Shown here: piece after piece, positions 12,043 to 24,095 of the stretch
Layout: every line of letters starts with the position of its first letter
How positions within the stretch are numbered: position 1 is the first letter of the stretch
Assembly (NCBI GenBank): GCA_021613535.1
Contig: CP075492.1
Location: forward strand, 2,604,001 to 2,668,000
Length of the DNA: 64,000 nucleotides
Direction of reading: 5' to 3'
Source: Adineta vaga
Lineage: Eukaryota; Animalia; Rotifera
The notes under the pieces: model-generated
Database searches by the model: none
The model's input: only the letters and a program-made list of their open reading frames with translations
Told to the model about the DNA's origin: nothing
Translations under genes and position numbers: made by a program

Positions 12043-13299
12043 CTAAAGCGTTGTAATCTTTACATTTATCGAATGCTGTTCATTTATTCTTGGTCGTTGT
12101 CTGATATAGAATTTTGTCGTATCTCTTGTCAGTCTTTCTTGATTGACTTCGTCTTCAAATCGAGAATTCTTCGTTTCTTCGAATCTTTTTTGTGCTAAAA
12201 TTGATTCCCACGGTACAAATCCATATAATTTCTCTCCTAAGTTTGTTAATTGAAAATTTTCTGGTAGATCTTCTTTTTTCAATGGAAATGGACGTAATGC
12301 TTCATCTGCAATTGGCGCCATATGTAGATATTGAACAATTCTCATACGATTCGAATTATTCGGATAATTTCCATGTGGTAAACGAGAATCCCAAACGAGT
12401 AAACTTCCTTTTCGTATTGGCATACGTTGAATATATTCTCGAATAGAATCATCTGCGGGAATTTGTACAGTTGTCGGATCACGACTCTGATTAGAACGAA
12501 GACATAAATTTTGATTATGTTTCGTCCATGTCGTAATATAATGTTGAAAACCAGGTACGGCATGAAATCCACCATCTTCTTCTCGACAATCAACTAATGC
12601 TAATATAGCTTGTAGTTTTCTAACACGCATACCATTATTTGTTGATATATTTTGTGCTAGAAGTGGATTTTTACTCGATTCGAAATGACTTTCAGATGCA
12701 TGCTCAAATCCATATGTAGTTGTTCGACCTGTCAAAGGATTCATATCTAAATGTAACCAATTGGACATTGTTTTCCAATCTTTACGATCTTCTATCGTCT
12801 TAATAGATGGAAAATAAATATTTTTTGTTGGTCTCATTAAACCAGCTCGTGTTACATTCACGATTAATTCCTCATCACCAAATAACGTTTGAAATACTTG
12901 ATAAATCTTTGGATTTTGTCGATTATCACACGCTTGAGGATATAACCAGCGTTCAATTCCTAGAATACCCATATGTGAATAGCCTGGCCATGTATTTGTA
13001 TTCCATGTATCGGGATTATCACGTTCAATATCAGGATTATACATTTCTTGTAAAAATTTCCATACATCATCGATACTCCGTTCACATTCTTCATTAGTTA
13101 ACACATTGCCTACAACAACAAGACCATGTTTTTCAAAAAATTTCAATATTTCTTCTTGTTGTTCAACATTAAAAGTAACAATGAATCCATCATTATCTGT
13201 GGGTAAAGGAGTAGGATGAAATATTTCGTCGTCACCAGATGAAATATGAATTTTCAAAAGAGATTCTAATGAATTGCTTGTACTATTCTTGTTATTCAT
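12043..13299 (-). CDS. Fe(II)/2-oxoglutarate dioxygenase, phytanoyl-CoA dioxygenase (PhyH)-like
   Basis: FFEKHGLVVVGNVL N-terminal motif, WLHLD (HxD), EDGGFHAVPGF, GSLLVWDSRLPHGN, distal Arg; intronless. Confidence 0.75.
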   Translation of the reverse strand: MNNKNSTSNSLESLLKIHISSGDDEIFHPTPLPTDNDGFIVTFNVEQQEEILKFFEKHGLVVVGNVLTNEECERSIDDVWKFLQEMYNPDIERDNPDTWNTNTWPGYSHMGILGIERWLYPQACDNRQNPKIYQVFQTLFGDEELIVNVTRAGLMRPTKNIYFPSIKTIEDRKDWKTMSNWLHLDMNPLTGRTTTYGFEHASESHFESSKNPLLAQNISTNNGMRVRKLQAILALVDCREEDGGFHAVPGFQHYITTWTKHNQNLCLRSNQSRDPTTVQIPADDSIREYIQRMPIRKGSLLVWDSRLPHGNYPNNSNRMRIVQYLHMAPIADEALRPFPLKKEDLPENFQLTNLGEKLYGFVPWESILAQKRFEETKNSRFEDEVNQERLTRDTTKFYIRQRPRINEQHSINVKITTL

Positions 13300-14083
13300 A
13301 CGTGATCGTTTTAAAAAAAGAAAGGAAGTAAGTGATCGTCATGAAAAATGTGCGTAGCAATAAATCTGTTTTTCGTATTTCATCACACACACAGTATGAC
13401 TCTTACATCACCTTTTTATTTTTCACTATACACGACAAATAGATAAATAATTGGTTTAACAATCGAAATCATCGATGTTAGTTCTTTTTTATTGTCATGG
13501 ATGTTCCGCCATAATATAATACTAGCAAATGAGACTGAATCATGAAAAACTTATGGAAAAAATATTATTTCGAAGCTTTTTTTTCATCTGGTTTCTTAGC
13601 GTATTGTAGACTATTTGAAAAACTTCTAATTTCACGTGTTCTAGAAAAAAAAAGATTTTCGTTAACTTTATTTTATGTAGATAAAGATTATATCTGTGGT
13701 TATTTTAGGAAGTAAACATAAAGTAACACTCAACATACACTCCATTTATGTTAACATCGGAAATTATATTGATTTAATTCATGTTCTATTTTCTCCAAAT
13801 TTTTGACTTAGATCTGATGGAAAGAAAACGTTGCGCTCGATGTTATTTGTAATATTCTTAGAAACCAAAGTAACGAAGACTTTTGTTTTGAATAATCTTT
13901 TCTCTTTGTCTTTTCTAGACGGTCTATGCAACTAAAAAAATCTGGGAGAAATTGTCGGCATGCTAATATTGAAAGCGCAATACCTTCGACGAAGGCCTCA
14001 TTTTCATTCAGATCTTCGCTCCCTCACACACATAAATTTTTGCTTCGATCCAATTAGATCCGTCAAATTTATTGTTAATAAGT

Positions 14084-15302
14084 TCATTTTTTGGGTATAA
14101 TAGCCAGTGTACGCGGAGTATCAATGATGGGTGGTCGAAGTGTCTGTTGGATATTGCATGAAATGTCTTTCGATAATTGCTTTACACGTTCACGCACCTC
14201 TTCGTCTTGATTGTTCTTTTCTATTTGTCGTACATATTGTTCAAGTACAAATAATTCAGCTCGACAATCATAACAATGATCAATACCTTCTGCGTCATCC
14301 ATATCGTGTGGATAATAGGTCGTTCGTTCAATATTCTTAAAATGAGCCATCGCTGCATCCAATTCTTGATGATCATACATTTGCATCTCATCTCTTCTAT
14401 CTACAATTAAACGACATTCAGTACCTCGACGCGGTGCCCACAACTGCAATTTAAGTTCACCCTTGAGATATGTGGTAGAACCTTGCTCAAATGGTAGCCG
14501 AAATTTAAGCATCGATGCCTGTGGTTTTATTATCAAATGCCATCTCATTTGATCGTCCATGTCTCTTTTAACACCCTCATCAAATTCATCCCAAGAGCCA
14601 GTGAACTGTGTACGTATATCGCATTCAAATAAAACTGGTCGTGTTTTTGCAATGGGAGCATACTCATGAGCCAACATATCATTAAACAATTCTTGCCGTA
14701 AATGAATTCGATCGGTAGCAGAAACAGCGAATTCGGCCGAATCAATAAGATCAAATGAAAGATGTGGGAATAATTTTGATAAATAATTCCAATGACCACC
14801 AGGTGCAGCACCAGCTGAAACTACTAATGTGTTAGCCTATGAGGGAAAAACATCAACTGTAACCTTCAATTTAAATTTCAACTTAGATAAAAATCATTTC
14901 TATTTCAGAGCTGTTCTAACTGTTGTAAATTCTTACATTTTGTCCGTATTCCGTAAGAAAATCAATATAAGCCATGATTAACTTGCGCCGTCCCCAGTGA
15001 TCCACAGTGTGTACCTGACCAGGTGTTAGTTTGAGTGAAGATTCTTTGAGACGACCATGAATACTCGATAAAAAACGATTTTTACCATTGAATGGTTCTT
15101 TAGATACAATGAACGGCCTCTTGTTAACAAATACTTCGCGTAAATGAGGATTTTGATCATAAATCTTCTGTTCTACAGCACTTAAATTTAATGTTGATAC
15201 GTCGAACGTTTTTTCGAGTGTAATTCTTTCAATAAGACGTTTTTCATCAGCTTGCAGAGAGTTAAAATCAAGGTTAGGTAAGACATTGACTGTACACGAC
15301 AT
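14084..15302 (-). CDS. Cap-specific mRNA nucleoside-2'-O-methyltransferase, poxvirus VP39 / poly(A) polymerase regulatory subunit family; exons 15302-14937, 14836-14084
   Basis: HWGRRKLIMAYIDFLT, VVSAGAAPGGH (SAM binding), FECDIRT, SMLKFRLPF, YLKGEL...WAPRRGTECRL; K-D-K-E tetrad present; 100-bp GT-AG intron in phase 0. Confidence 0.8.
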
Positions 15303-16387
15303 GCCAGTAAGTTATTTCTTTTCTTCAGTCAATTGATTTAGGATACTGCTAATCTTAAACAATAGTGGAAAAAAATGAGAGTGACAATGAATAGATCATT
15401 TTTCAAAACAGCGATATGAGTAGCTAGGTTGGAGTTTGAATATAAAAACAGTAACAGAAACGAATCACCAATTCGAAATCTTTGCTAGGGATCCTTACCA
15501 CTCGATAAATGAATAAAAGAGATTCATCCTATTGGCGATGAATTCGCCGACTTCTTTTTTGCGATTCTGAATTATTTTGGAACTCGAATTAGGTCTGTAC
15601 CCAAACAGAGAATGTAGATATCTAATTCGAGTTCGAAGATTAATCGAAATTGCAGTCATTGTGATAAAATATTGGTTGTGTTTTTCGTGATGTTTTATAA
15701 CCAGTTTTATCCTTTACACACTTTTTCTTCGAAAGTAAAACGTATTCAAATGGCTATAATTTTTAATTCTTTTCTCCCATATATGTGTGTTTCTCTTGTA
15801 TCCTCTTATCATTTATTTGAGTTGATAAGGTGTTAGAAAAGATCATTTAATATGAGCTACACATTTAGTGTTGTTATTAGAGAAAGTGACTCTATAAGAA
15901 TACTAACAGTCTATTATTTTAGAGTGTTATCAAATGCAAACGAATTGGAATAATTGACAGTGGGTAATAATTGATGAAATTACAAAAGATTTGTTTGGAT
16001 GTTGTATGGGCATATTTTTTTATGGACGATAGAAACGAGTATGTTTAATCGAAACAAAAAAATACAAAGGGGGTGCCTATCACAGTCAGCAAAAGATTCT
16101 CTTGGTAGAACAGAAGAAAACGGCACCCCCTGCAAGCAATGAATCAACACTCATGTTCCTATATATATATATATGTCCATGAAAGTAAATTAAACAGCAG
16201 TCGACATACGTTTTTTATTTTCTGAATGGTGAGACACATTGATTCTTTTTCTTCCATCTAGTTTATTCAAATACGGATATATGACTCCTATGATCTAACT
16301 ATTTAGTTCATATAATTAAAAACCTTTTTATCTACGTGCAAATAAACAAACAAGTAAGTCTCTCATTCAAAATAAGTTAAAGTTCTC

Positions 16388-17475
16388 TTATGCCCAACGT
16401 CCAATAACGGCCATGAGAGCAGTACCGAGATACAAAGCAGCAAAATACAAAACTTTGAATCGTTTTTTTAAAGCAAAGAATGCATGTGCTCCGACACCCA
16501 TCTCAGCAGCCATTAAATTGATCAACGCTACATAGATCAAAATGCCAGCTGATACTGAGTCCAAAACTCCATTAACCATTAATGCAGCTAATGATTTTGG
16601 ATTATATGTGCCGGAATGAATTCCAATTCCAATACCAATACCTACCGGCGTGGTTAGACTGAAAAAGATAATCATAAGGATGGCTGGCACTAGCGACTTA
16701 GTGTTTAGTCGCGAAATCTGTGCTCCGAGTGCAATCGCTTCGAAGAATTGATGAAAACAAAGTGCAATGAAGAGAGCAACAAAAGTTGAACCATCTGTTG
16801 TGCCTAATGCCACACCAATGAGAACTGAATGAAGAGCGACACCAAACTCGAGCAAGTAAGTGCTCACTTTATGATTATAACTTTCCTGCAAAAGTGACAA
16901 ACCATGGCTATGACCTGTTTCTTCACACTGTTCGACAGGTGTGCTGACTGGTTGTGGATCGCCTTCTTTAGCACCAACACTATTGTCTTTGTTTGGTACT
17001 CGATGTAACTTTTGATGAGCAATGAATTCAATAAGCTGCATGGCAAGTATAGCCAACATGGCAAAAAGACCTGCATATGCTTCGTAGGCTCTCCATTCTT
17101 CGGATAGACAAGAATCAGTGAGTGCTTCCGTTGCTGCTGGTAGCATATGTATGAATCCTGTTGCTAGAATGACTCTAAAAAGGCGACTCACAAGACAAAA
17201 CTTAGTGTAATGCAAGAGAATAGACAATACTTTTACCCCGTTCCGAAGAATTTGCCCGTATTGATTATTACGGGACTGATATGTAGACATTTCACTCGAG
17301 ATGAGATGATTGCAAGAGAAGCGCCGAGAAGAGATATAACAAGTAAAACAAATACCGACACAATTCTTAATGTGAGATTATATGTTTCGGAATCCTCTAC
17401 TGAAGGATTACATGAATCTTCATCACCAGCTGCTCTTGATTGAAATTTCCCAGTTGATCCGAATAGTTTCCACAT
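16388..17475 (-). CDS. ZIP (ZRT/IRT) zinc/iron transporter, fungal/plant-like; exons 17475-17237, 17174-16388
   Basis: LRIVSVFVLL, KFFGTG|VILATGFIHML, GHSHG loop, LEFGVALHSVLIG, FHQFFE, SAGILIY, GRWA end. Confidence 0.9.
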
Positions 17476-18437
17476 AATTGATGCTCAATTAAATATATGA
17501 GGTTGAATGTATCAAATAATTGAACGAAATGAGTAGTTATTTTGTTTCTTGCAACTATTAATATAAACGTATAGCAATGGACGTTTACCATGGATACTCT
17601 CTGTTTCACTCATTATTTATGCATGCAAAAAAAATTGACGTTAGACTTCTATTCAAGTTTGTCCATTCGCCGCACCGTGTGACAAAACATTTCGCTACGA
17701 ATGCTATTTTTCTCCTTCTCTTTCGGTACTTTGAAACTGTTTCATTGTATATGTTCGAAAAACATGCAATACACAAAAGAGCACTTCGATTTTGTTTTTT
17801 TTGTGAAGGCAAACATTATGTTTCCATCTGCATCAAAAGAAAACGGTAAAATAATAAGCTGTTACAAAATTCATGCATAATATGTCTCTTTGCTATGTTC
17901 CATCTTCTCAGATGAAGAAACATGGCCCTACTCCGACAAGAATGTTCCAAAAATCAACAGTAGTGCCGAACTGCACTAATACAGATCAAAAGCGATTTTC
18001 ATCTGAACTGAATTTCAATCTATCTTACGATATATATATATATATATAACAAATTAAGGTGTATATTATGATTGATGGCACCACTTTCTTGAGCTCAAGA
18101 ACACGTAGACGCGTAGTACAAGATAAATGGCGGTAATAATCCAATAGAATGAATAACGTTAACAACGCTCTTTTGTCGCATTTGTGATTGAAATATGAAT
18201 GCAAACAGTTGCGAACCCTAATTAAAACCGTATTTAGTTTGAAAGAATAAAGTTGTTCAAGTTTAAGCTCGATATGAACTAATATTTTATACACATGTTA
18301 CAAAAGCGATCATAATTAATGATGTAAAACCGATCCAACCCTATCAGTACTATTTCATCTGATAAAATGAACCAAGTCCATAGTACAAAACATAAAATCA
18401 ACAATAAATAAGTAGAAGCATCTTGGAATGTCCAAAC

Positions 18438-18728
18438 TAGTGGCGTAATCAGGATTCGCTGGGTGAGCGGGCGCCGCCCTACCAGTTTTAAAAAATACTA
18501 TATAATGTTTATATAGCGATGCAGCATGTATTTATTATTACTGTCTTAGTAGATGTCTCTCTATTCTAAACGATAATTCATTTCTTAATCTGTTTTATGG
18601 GTTCGATTGACCAAACAAATATTATTGTAAAAATAAAAAGTACGATAATTAAAAATTTTGGGTGAGCGGGCAAACAGGTCCGGTGAGTGGGCGGCGCCCG
18701 CTCATGCCCTACCCTGGTTACGCCACTA
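18438..18728. mobile_element. Non-autonomous hAT-type MITE, 291 bp
   Basis: TIRs TAGTGGCGTAATCAGG / CCTGGTTACGCCACTA (15 of 16 match); 8-bp TSD GTCCAAAC at 18430-18437 and 18729-18736; subterminal GGTGAGCGGGC motifs. Confidence 0.9.
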
Positions 18729-19179
18729 GTCCAAACAAACTACATATGATTATTCATACATACACATCCTGAGGAGTACAAAATAATATATACAGAACCC
18801 TAACTGACTATATAAGTACCATGTGTGTTGAATATTAACAATTGGAAAAAGTGACAAATCATTTCACACGATTGGAAACAAAGAGTAATTGTTTAAAAGT
18901 TGGTTATCAATATTAAGAATAGATTCACATAAACAGAAAGTATGGTTCGTGTATAAATCAAATGTATTAGTTTTCTGTCTATTTTAGTTCTTTATTTCCT
19001 AGTAATAGAATGTGAAACAATTCTTGCTAATTGATTCATAATTAATTGTCTGCATTTATACATAAATGAGTTATAAAACAAAACTTTGGTTTGATTGATG
19101 AAAATTGAATAATAATAATAAGATCTTAATATTGTTTCTGTCGTAACGATAATAATTAAATCAAACATAGATAATATAT

Positions 19180-19228
19180 TTGAGGGTGGGTGTGTATATA
19201 CCTTCGTCACCCACACTCACACCCTCAA
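19180..19228. repeat. Best-preserved copy of the dispersed telomere-like palindrome family
   Basis: TTGAGGGTGGGTGTG...CACCCACACTCACACCCTCAA; 9-bp perfect inverted ends; near-homologous copy at 46853-46894. Confidence 0.75.
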
Positions 19229-19508
19229 CGAATTAGGGAGTCGATAGTCCAAGTAAAAAATTGATTGTACATTTCAAGCATTACTAATTTTAAAGACAAA
19301 ATAATATGAACATCAAATTTTTATTTGCATATTTTATAAAGTGGACTTATAAGTAATGGTAGGAAAGGAAAGAAAAGCAAATAATCTAATTGAAATGGAA
19401 AAAACCAACCAAAAAATAACTTGGTATTATTCAGAGCAAGCATTTTCTTCATGTGTTTTTTTTTATGTCGGCATATCACTAATATAATTTCTGGGGAAAA
19501 CAAAGAAC

Positions 19509-22313
19509 ATGAACGAAATGAATTCGGATTTATCGATTAAATACAATGATCAGCACTTGTTCACAATAGATCAAACTCATCCCCTGCAAAACTTTATTTT
19601 AATATGGTTGGATGAAAGTTTATATGGAATTAATGATACGTTTTGGCATGGTACAATATCAAAACTACATGAAATAATCAATAATATATATGTATTCTCT
19701 GAACTTGATCAATGCATCGACTTCATTACTGATATAACGAAAGAAAACGTTTTTGTTATTGTTTCTGATACAATCTCTGAAGATATTATTTCGATTTTCC
19801 AAGAAATTTCTCAAATAACATCGATATATATTTATTCCAAGAATAATATTGAAACAAATGATCAATTGATTGGAAATTTTCGAAAAATAAAAGGTACTTT
19901 CACAGATACGATGGATATTTGGAAATTACTCAAAAAAGTAACTGTACAATATCAGAAAAACTTGGCATCTATAAGTTTTATCGAACCAAATGCTATTGAA
20001 TCAACAGAAAGTTTGGATAGACTCGATTCATCATTTATGTATACTCAAATAATGAAAGAAATCTTATTAACAATTCAATTTACAGATAAACATCTACATG
20101 AATTTACCAAGTATTGTCGTGAACAATCCGTCGGTAATGTACATCAGTTAAAAAATATCGACCATTTCGAAAATACATACCATGATGATGATCCTATTTG
20201 GTGGTATTCAAATCAAGTGTTTATTTATTCAGTATTGAATCGAGCATTACGTAATATGGAAGTTGATATTATTATCAAAATGGGATTTTTCTTACGAGAT
20301 CTTCATGAAAGTATTGTTAAATTACATCATAAACAATATGATGAAAATAATATATCATCATTTGTGGTATATCGAGGTCAAGGTTTGTCGAAAACTGATT
20401 TTGAACGATTATTAAAATCTCAAGATGGTTTGATGTCTTTCAATAATTTCTTATCTACAAGTAAAGATCAATCTTTTTCTTTGGGCATAGTTGAAAGTAT
20501 TCTTGATGATCCTGAATTGATTGGTATTTTATTTCAGATAACTGTTCATCCATTAATATCATCAACAGTTTTTGCTGATATTCGTGAGTTTAGTCAATAT
20601 CCAGGCGAAGAAGAAATTCTCTTTTCAATGCATTCAATATTTCGAATCGAACATATTGAACAAATCAATAATAATGATCGTCTGTGGCAAGTTAATCTAA
20701 CATTAACTACTGATAATGATCGAGAATTAAATGTTTTAACTGAATTTATACGAAAAGAAACATTTCCAAAACAAAAAGGATGGTATCGTATGGGTCAGTT
20801 ATTGATTAAATTTGGAAAATTCAACATGGCTGAAGACGTGTTTAAAACCTTACTTGGTCAAACAACAGACAAACGAGAAACAGCGTTAATTAATTATCAA
20901 CTTATCGGTATTTACAATGCACAAGGAAACTATATAGAAGCAATCAGATGTTATGAGAAAGCATATGAATTATTTCAGAGTATTTATACTGCGAACCATC
21001 CTATTTTGAGTTTTACTTATGCTGCTGTTGGTTTTGTATATGAAAACATGGGTGATTATGCGAAAGCTTTATCTTTTTATGAAAAAGATCTAGCAATTAG
21101 TGAAAAGATATTTCCTTCTTATCATCGTGAACTGTCTACTTCTTATAATAACATTGCCTTATTATGTGATAAAATGGGTGAATATTTGAAAGCACTTTCA
21201 TATTATGAAAAAGCTCTACGAATTCGTGAGAAAATCTTCCCTTCAAATCATCCCGATTTGGCTAGTACTTATAATAATATTGGTAAACTTTATTATAGTA
21301 TGGGTCAATATCCGAAAGCATTATCATATTACGAAAAAGTACTGAATATTCGCGAAAAAATTCTTCCTCCAGATCATCCCTCTTTTGAAATATCATATAG
21401 TCACATTGGTCTAGTGTACAGAAAACTAGGTCAATATACAAAAGCTCTCTCATATTATAAAAAATCTCTTGCGATTGCTCAAAAAAATTTTCCTAATGAA
21501 CATCCGTCATTAGCTACTGCTTTTAGTGGTATTGGATCCGTATATGAAGATATGAATGAATATTCAACAGCACTTTCTTATTATGAAAAAGACTTAGCGA
21601 TCACAGAGAAATGCCTTCCTCCCAATCATCCTGATCTAGCCACTACATATAATAATCTTGGTTTGTTATGTGATAAAATGGGTGATTATTCTAAAGCAAT
21701 GTTTTACCATAAACTATCACTTGACATTCTTAAAAGAATTTTTCTACCTAAAAATATTGGTTACTTCGCTACATATAACAACATTGGTGGACTATATGTT
21801 GGAATGAATCGGCATTCTGAAGCACTTCCATATTTGCTTGAAGCCATTGAAATAGCTGAACACAATCTTCCACCAGATCATATGGATTTAGTAACTGCTT
21901 ATGATAATATTGGTTTCGTCTACGATAAAATTGGAAATCAATCTGAAGCATTTATTTACTTTGAAAAATCACTTAATATTCGTCTGGAAGTTCTTGCATC
22001 AGATGATTCTGAGTTGATTGGTTCTTATAGTAATGTTGGTTTAATGCTTCGTGATATGAAAGAAAATGTCAAAGCTCTTTCATACTTCGAAAAAGCACTT
22101 CAAATCGCTGAAAAGATTTTATCTCCAGATCAAACAGTTTTGGCTAATCTATACAACCACATTTGTGATGTCTATATAAATAGCAAAGATCACTCAAAAG
22201 CATTTTCTTATTTTAAAAAATTATACGAAATTCATCAGAAAATCGATCCCTCAAATCATCCTAAAGCAGACGTCATGTATGTTTTTCGTGAATATCTCAA
22301 ACGAAAACAATAA
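19509..22313 (+). CDS. ART-domain (R-S-E type ADP-ribosyltransferase) protein with about 11 kinesin-light-chain-type 42-aa TPR repeats
   Basis: PIWWY, VYRGQ, FLSTS, EEEILF motifs; repeats HPDLATTYNNxGxxYxxMGxYxKALSYYEK; intronless. Confidence 0.85.
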   Translation: MNEMNSDLSIKYNDQHLFTIDQTHPLQNFILIWLDESLYGINDTFWHGTISKLHEIINNIYVFSELDQCIDFITDITKENVFVIVSDTISEDIISIFQEISQITSIYIYSKNNIETNDQLIGNFRKIKGTFTDTMDIWKLLKKVTVQYQKNLASISFIEPNAIESTESLDRLDSSFMYTQIMKEILLTIQFTDKHLHEFTKYCREQSVGNVHQLKNIDHFENTYHDDDPIWWYSNQVFIYSVLNRALRNMEVDIIIKMGFFLRDLHESIVKLHHKQYDENNISSFVVYRGQGLSKTDFERLLKSQDGLMSFNNFLSTSKDQSFSLGIVESILDDPELIGILFQITVHPLISSTVFADIREFSQYPGEEEILFSMHSIFRIEHIEQINNNDRLWQVNLTLTTDNDRELNVLTEFIRKETFPKQKGWYRMGQLLIKFGKFNMAEDVFKTLLGQTTDKRETALINYQLIGIYNAQGNYIEAIRCYEKAYELFQSIYTANHPILSFTYAAVGFVYENMGDYAKALSFYEKDLAISEKIFPSYHRELSTSYNNIALLCDKMGEYLKALSYYEKALRIREKIFPSNHPDLASTYNNIGKLYYSMGQYPKALSYYEKVLNIREKILPPDHPSFEISYSHIGLVYRKLGQYTKALSYYKKSLAIAQKNFPNEHPSLATAFSGIGSVYEDMNEYSTALSYYEKDLAITEKCLPPNHPDLATTYNNLGLLCDKMGDYSKAMFYHKLSLDILKRIFLPKNIGYFATYNNIGGLYVGMNRHSEALPYLLEAIEIAEHNLPPDHMDLVTAYDNIGFVYDKIGNQSEAFIYFEKSLNIRLEVLASDDSELIGSYSNVGLMLRDMKENVKALSYFEKALQIAEKILSPDQTVLANLYNHICDVYINSKDHSKAFSYFKKLYEIHQKIDPSNHPKADVMYVFREYLKRKQ

Positions 22314-23205
22314 AATCTGTTTCTGTTTCACTCTCAACCTCATTCATATCTTTGCAATAGATTATAATCTCACAAATTATCATAAGAGGAAATATATGGA
22401 AAAGAAATACGATCGATTATTTCTTCATATTCATCATTCAATTTGAAATTAAAATAATCGTTATCAACAAACTCTCGATCATTGAATATTGGTTTCAATA
22501 ATATCAAATAGGCTTAAAAAAATCGTGACGAAATAAATAACGATGAGCAAAACACTTTTGCTTATTATATTTTCTTATTTATCTTCATTTGACCTTTGTC
22601 AAATGTTTCTTTACATAAACAATACTCGTATATTCAATATCTTTTTACTTCGATTCGTCATTCATTTAATAATAATTTAATACATTAAGATCAATTACAT
22701 CTATAGCTCAATAGTAATCAGAATCATAGATATCGTTTCACTAATTTGATAAATATTATAGATTGTATTTAAAAATTCATATGCTTGTCGGATATCATTT
22801 AAATATTGCGAGAAAAGTTTCAATGAGAATGATCGATCTAATGTGCTCTTTTCATCGATAAAATACGTTGTTAAGTTACAGGTAGAATACTGTCCATATA
22901 ATCTCGTTCGACCAATACTGAATTAATTGCATTTCACATTTTGAATCTCGCAAACGATTGCGCTGGCAAGCTTTTGTTGTTATACTGTGTAAATCGACGA
23001 ATAGGCAAAAACAAAGATAGGTATTCCAATACTGTTTTAGCTAGTTGTGTATATATAATGGGAGTACGTCTCCTTGATATATTTTACTTTTAATATAACA
23101 AGTACATTTAGAAAAAGCAAACATAATTTGAATGAAGAATATTTTCGAATACAAAACTGTGCATATCATTTGACTTTATATTATGGATACGATATGATGT
23201 ATCGG

Positions 23206-23391
23206 TTATGGTGTCGGAGCTAGTAATGTTGGTGCACACAGCACAGCACAAGGAATTGTTAAGAGGGCGTCTGATACTCCCATGCATGTTGTCATACAAC
23301 CAGCATAAGCATTTGGCCCAGCTGATGTTGTTGATAGAATAACACTGACAATCAATAAAATAAGTATAGAGTTTCTAATGAAGTTTTTCAT
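23206..23391 (-). CDS. Small secreted Cys peptide (CX3C-X11-CX3C), copy A
   Basis: Signal peptide ending TTSA; mature GPNAYAGCMTTCMGVSDALLTIPCAVLCAPTLLAPTP; upstream TATAAAA. Confidence 0.8.
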   Translation of the reverse strand: MKNFIRNSILILLIVSVILSTTSAGPNAYAGCMTTCMGVSDALLTIPCAVLCAPTLLAPTP

Positions 23392-23909
23392 ATCTTCGAT
23401 TGTGTTAACCTATAGAGAGAAAACAACAAGGAAAAAAGAAGTATTGTGTTGTATGTGAATCGACAGAATCCTTTTATATGACATGGGTACCGAGTTTTTT
23501 TTCTTAGAATTTTTCATTTTCATCGTTGGATATGAGTAATATGGAAAAATCAAGTTTTTATTTCGATATAGAACGAATAAAAATTTTTTTTGTAACATAC
23601 TGTAGGAAAGTTTCTTTTTCTTTTCAAATATTTGTGTTGTTTAATGTACAAATCAGAATCCTCTCATATGGCGCTTACTTGCAACATATCATCACGATAA
23701 TCGCATCCTTTCTTTCATACTCTGTTATTATCGACACAAGAATAAAAACTTGATTTTTCTAATAGGATTTATATCCAATGATGAAAATGGAAAGTTCTAA
23801 GAAAAAATCGGTACCCATGTAATATAAAAGGATTCTGTCGATTCACATACAACACAATACTTCTTTTTTCCTTGTTGTTTTCTCTCTATAGGTTAACACA
23901 ATCGAAGAT

Positions 23910-24095
23910 ATGAAAAACTTCATTAGAAACTCTATACTTATTTTATTGATTGTCAGTGTTATTCTATCAACAACATCAGCTGGGCCAAATGCTTATGCTG
24001 GTTGTATGACAACATGCATGGGAGTATCAGGCGCCTTCTTAACAATTCCTTGTGCTGTGCTGTGTGCACCAACATTACTAGCTCCGACACCATAA
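23910..24095 (+). CDS. Small secreted Cys peptide (CX3C-X11-CX3C), copy B
   Basis: Mature GPNAYAGCMTTCMGVSGAFLTIPCAVLCAPTLLAPTP; TATAAAA near 23825. Confidence 0.8.
   Translation: MKNFIRNSILILLIVSVILSTTSAGPNAYAGCMTTCMGVSGAFLTIPCAVLCAPTLLAPTP

Noticed and set aside
15560-15655. Imperfect hairpin with a 13-bp core (GAACTCGAATTAG / CTAATTCGAGTTC)
   Set aside because: Real inverted repeat, but no TSD or second copy; cannot be classified
16068-16131. 10-bp GC-rich inverted repeat AGGGGGTGCC / GGCACCCCCT
   Set aside because: Too short and no TSD; could be a MITE relic but unsupported
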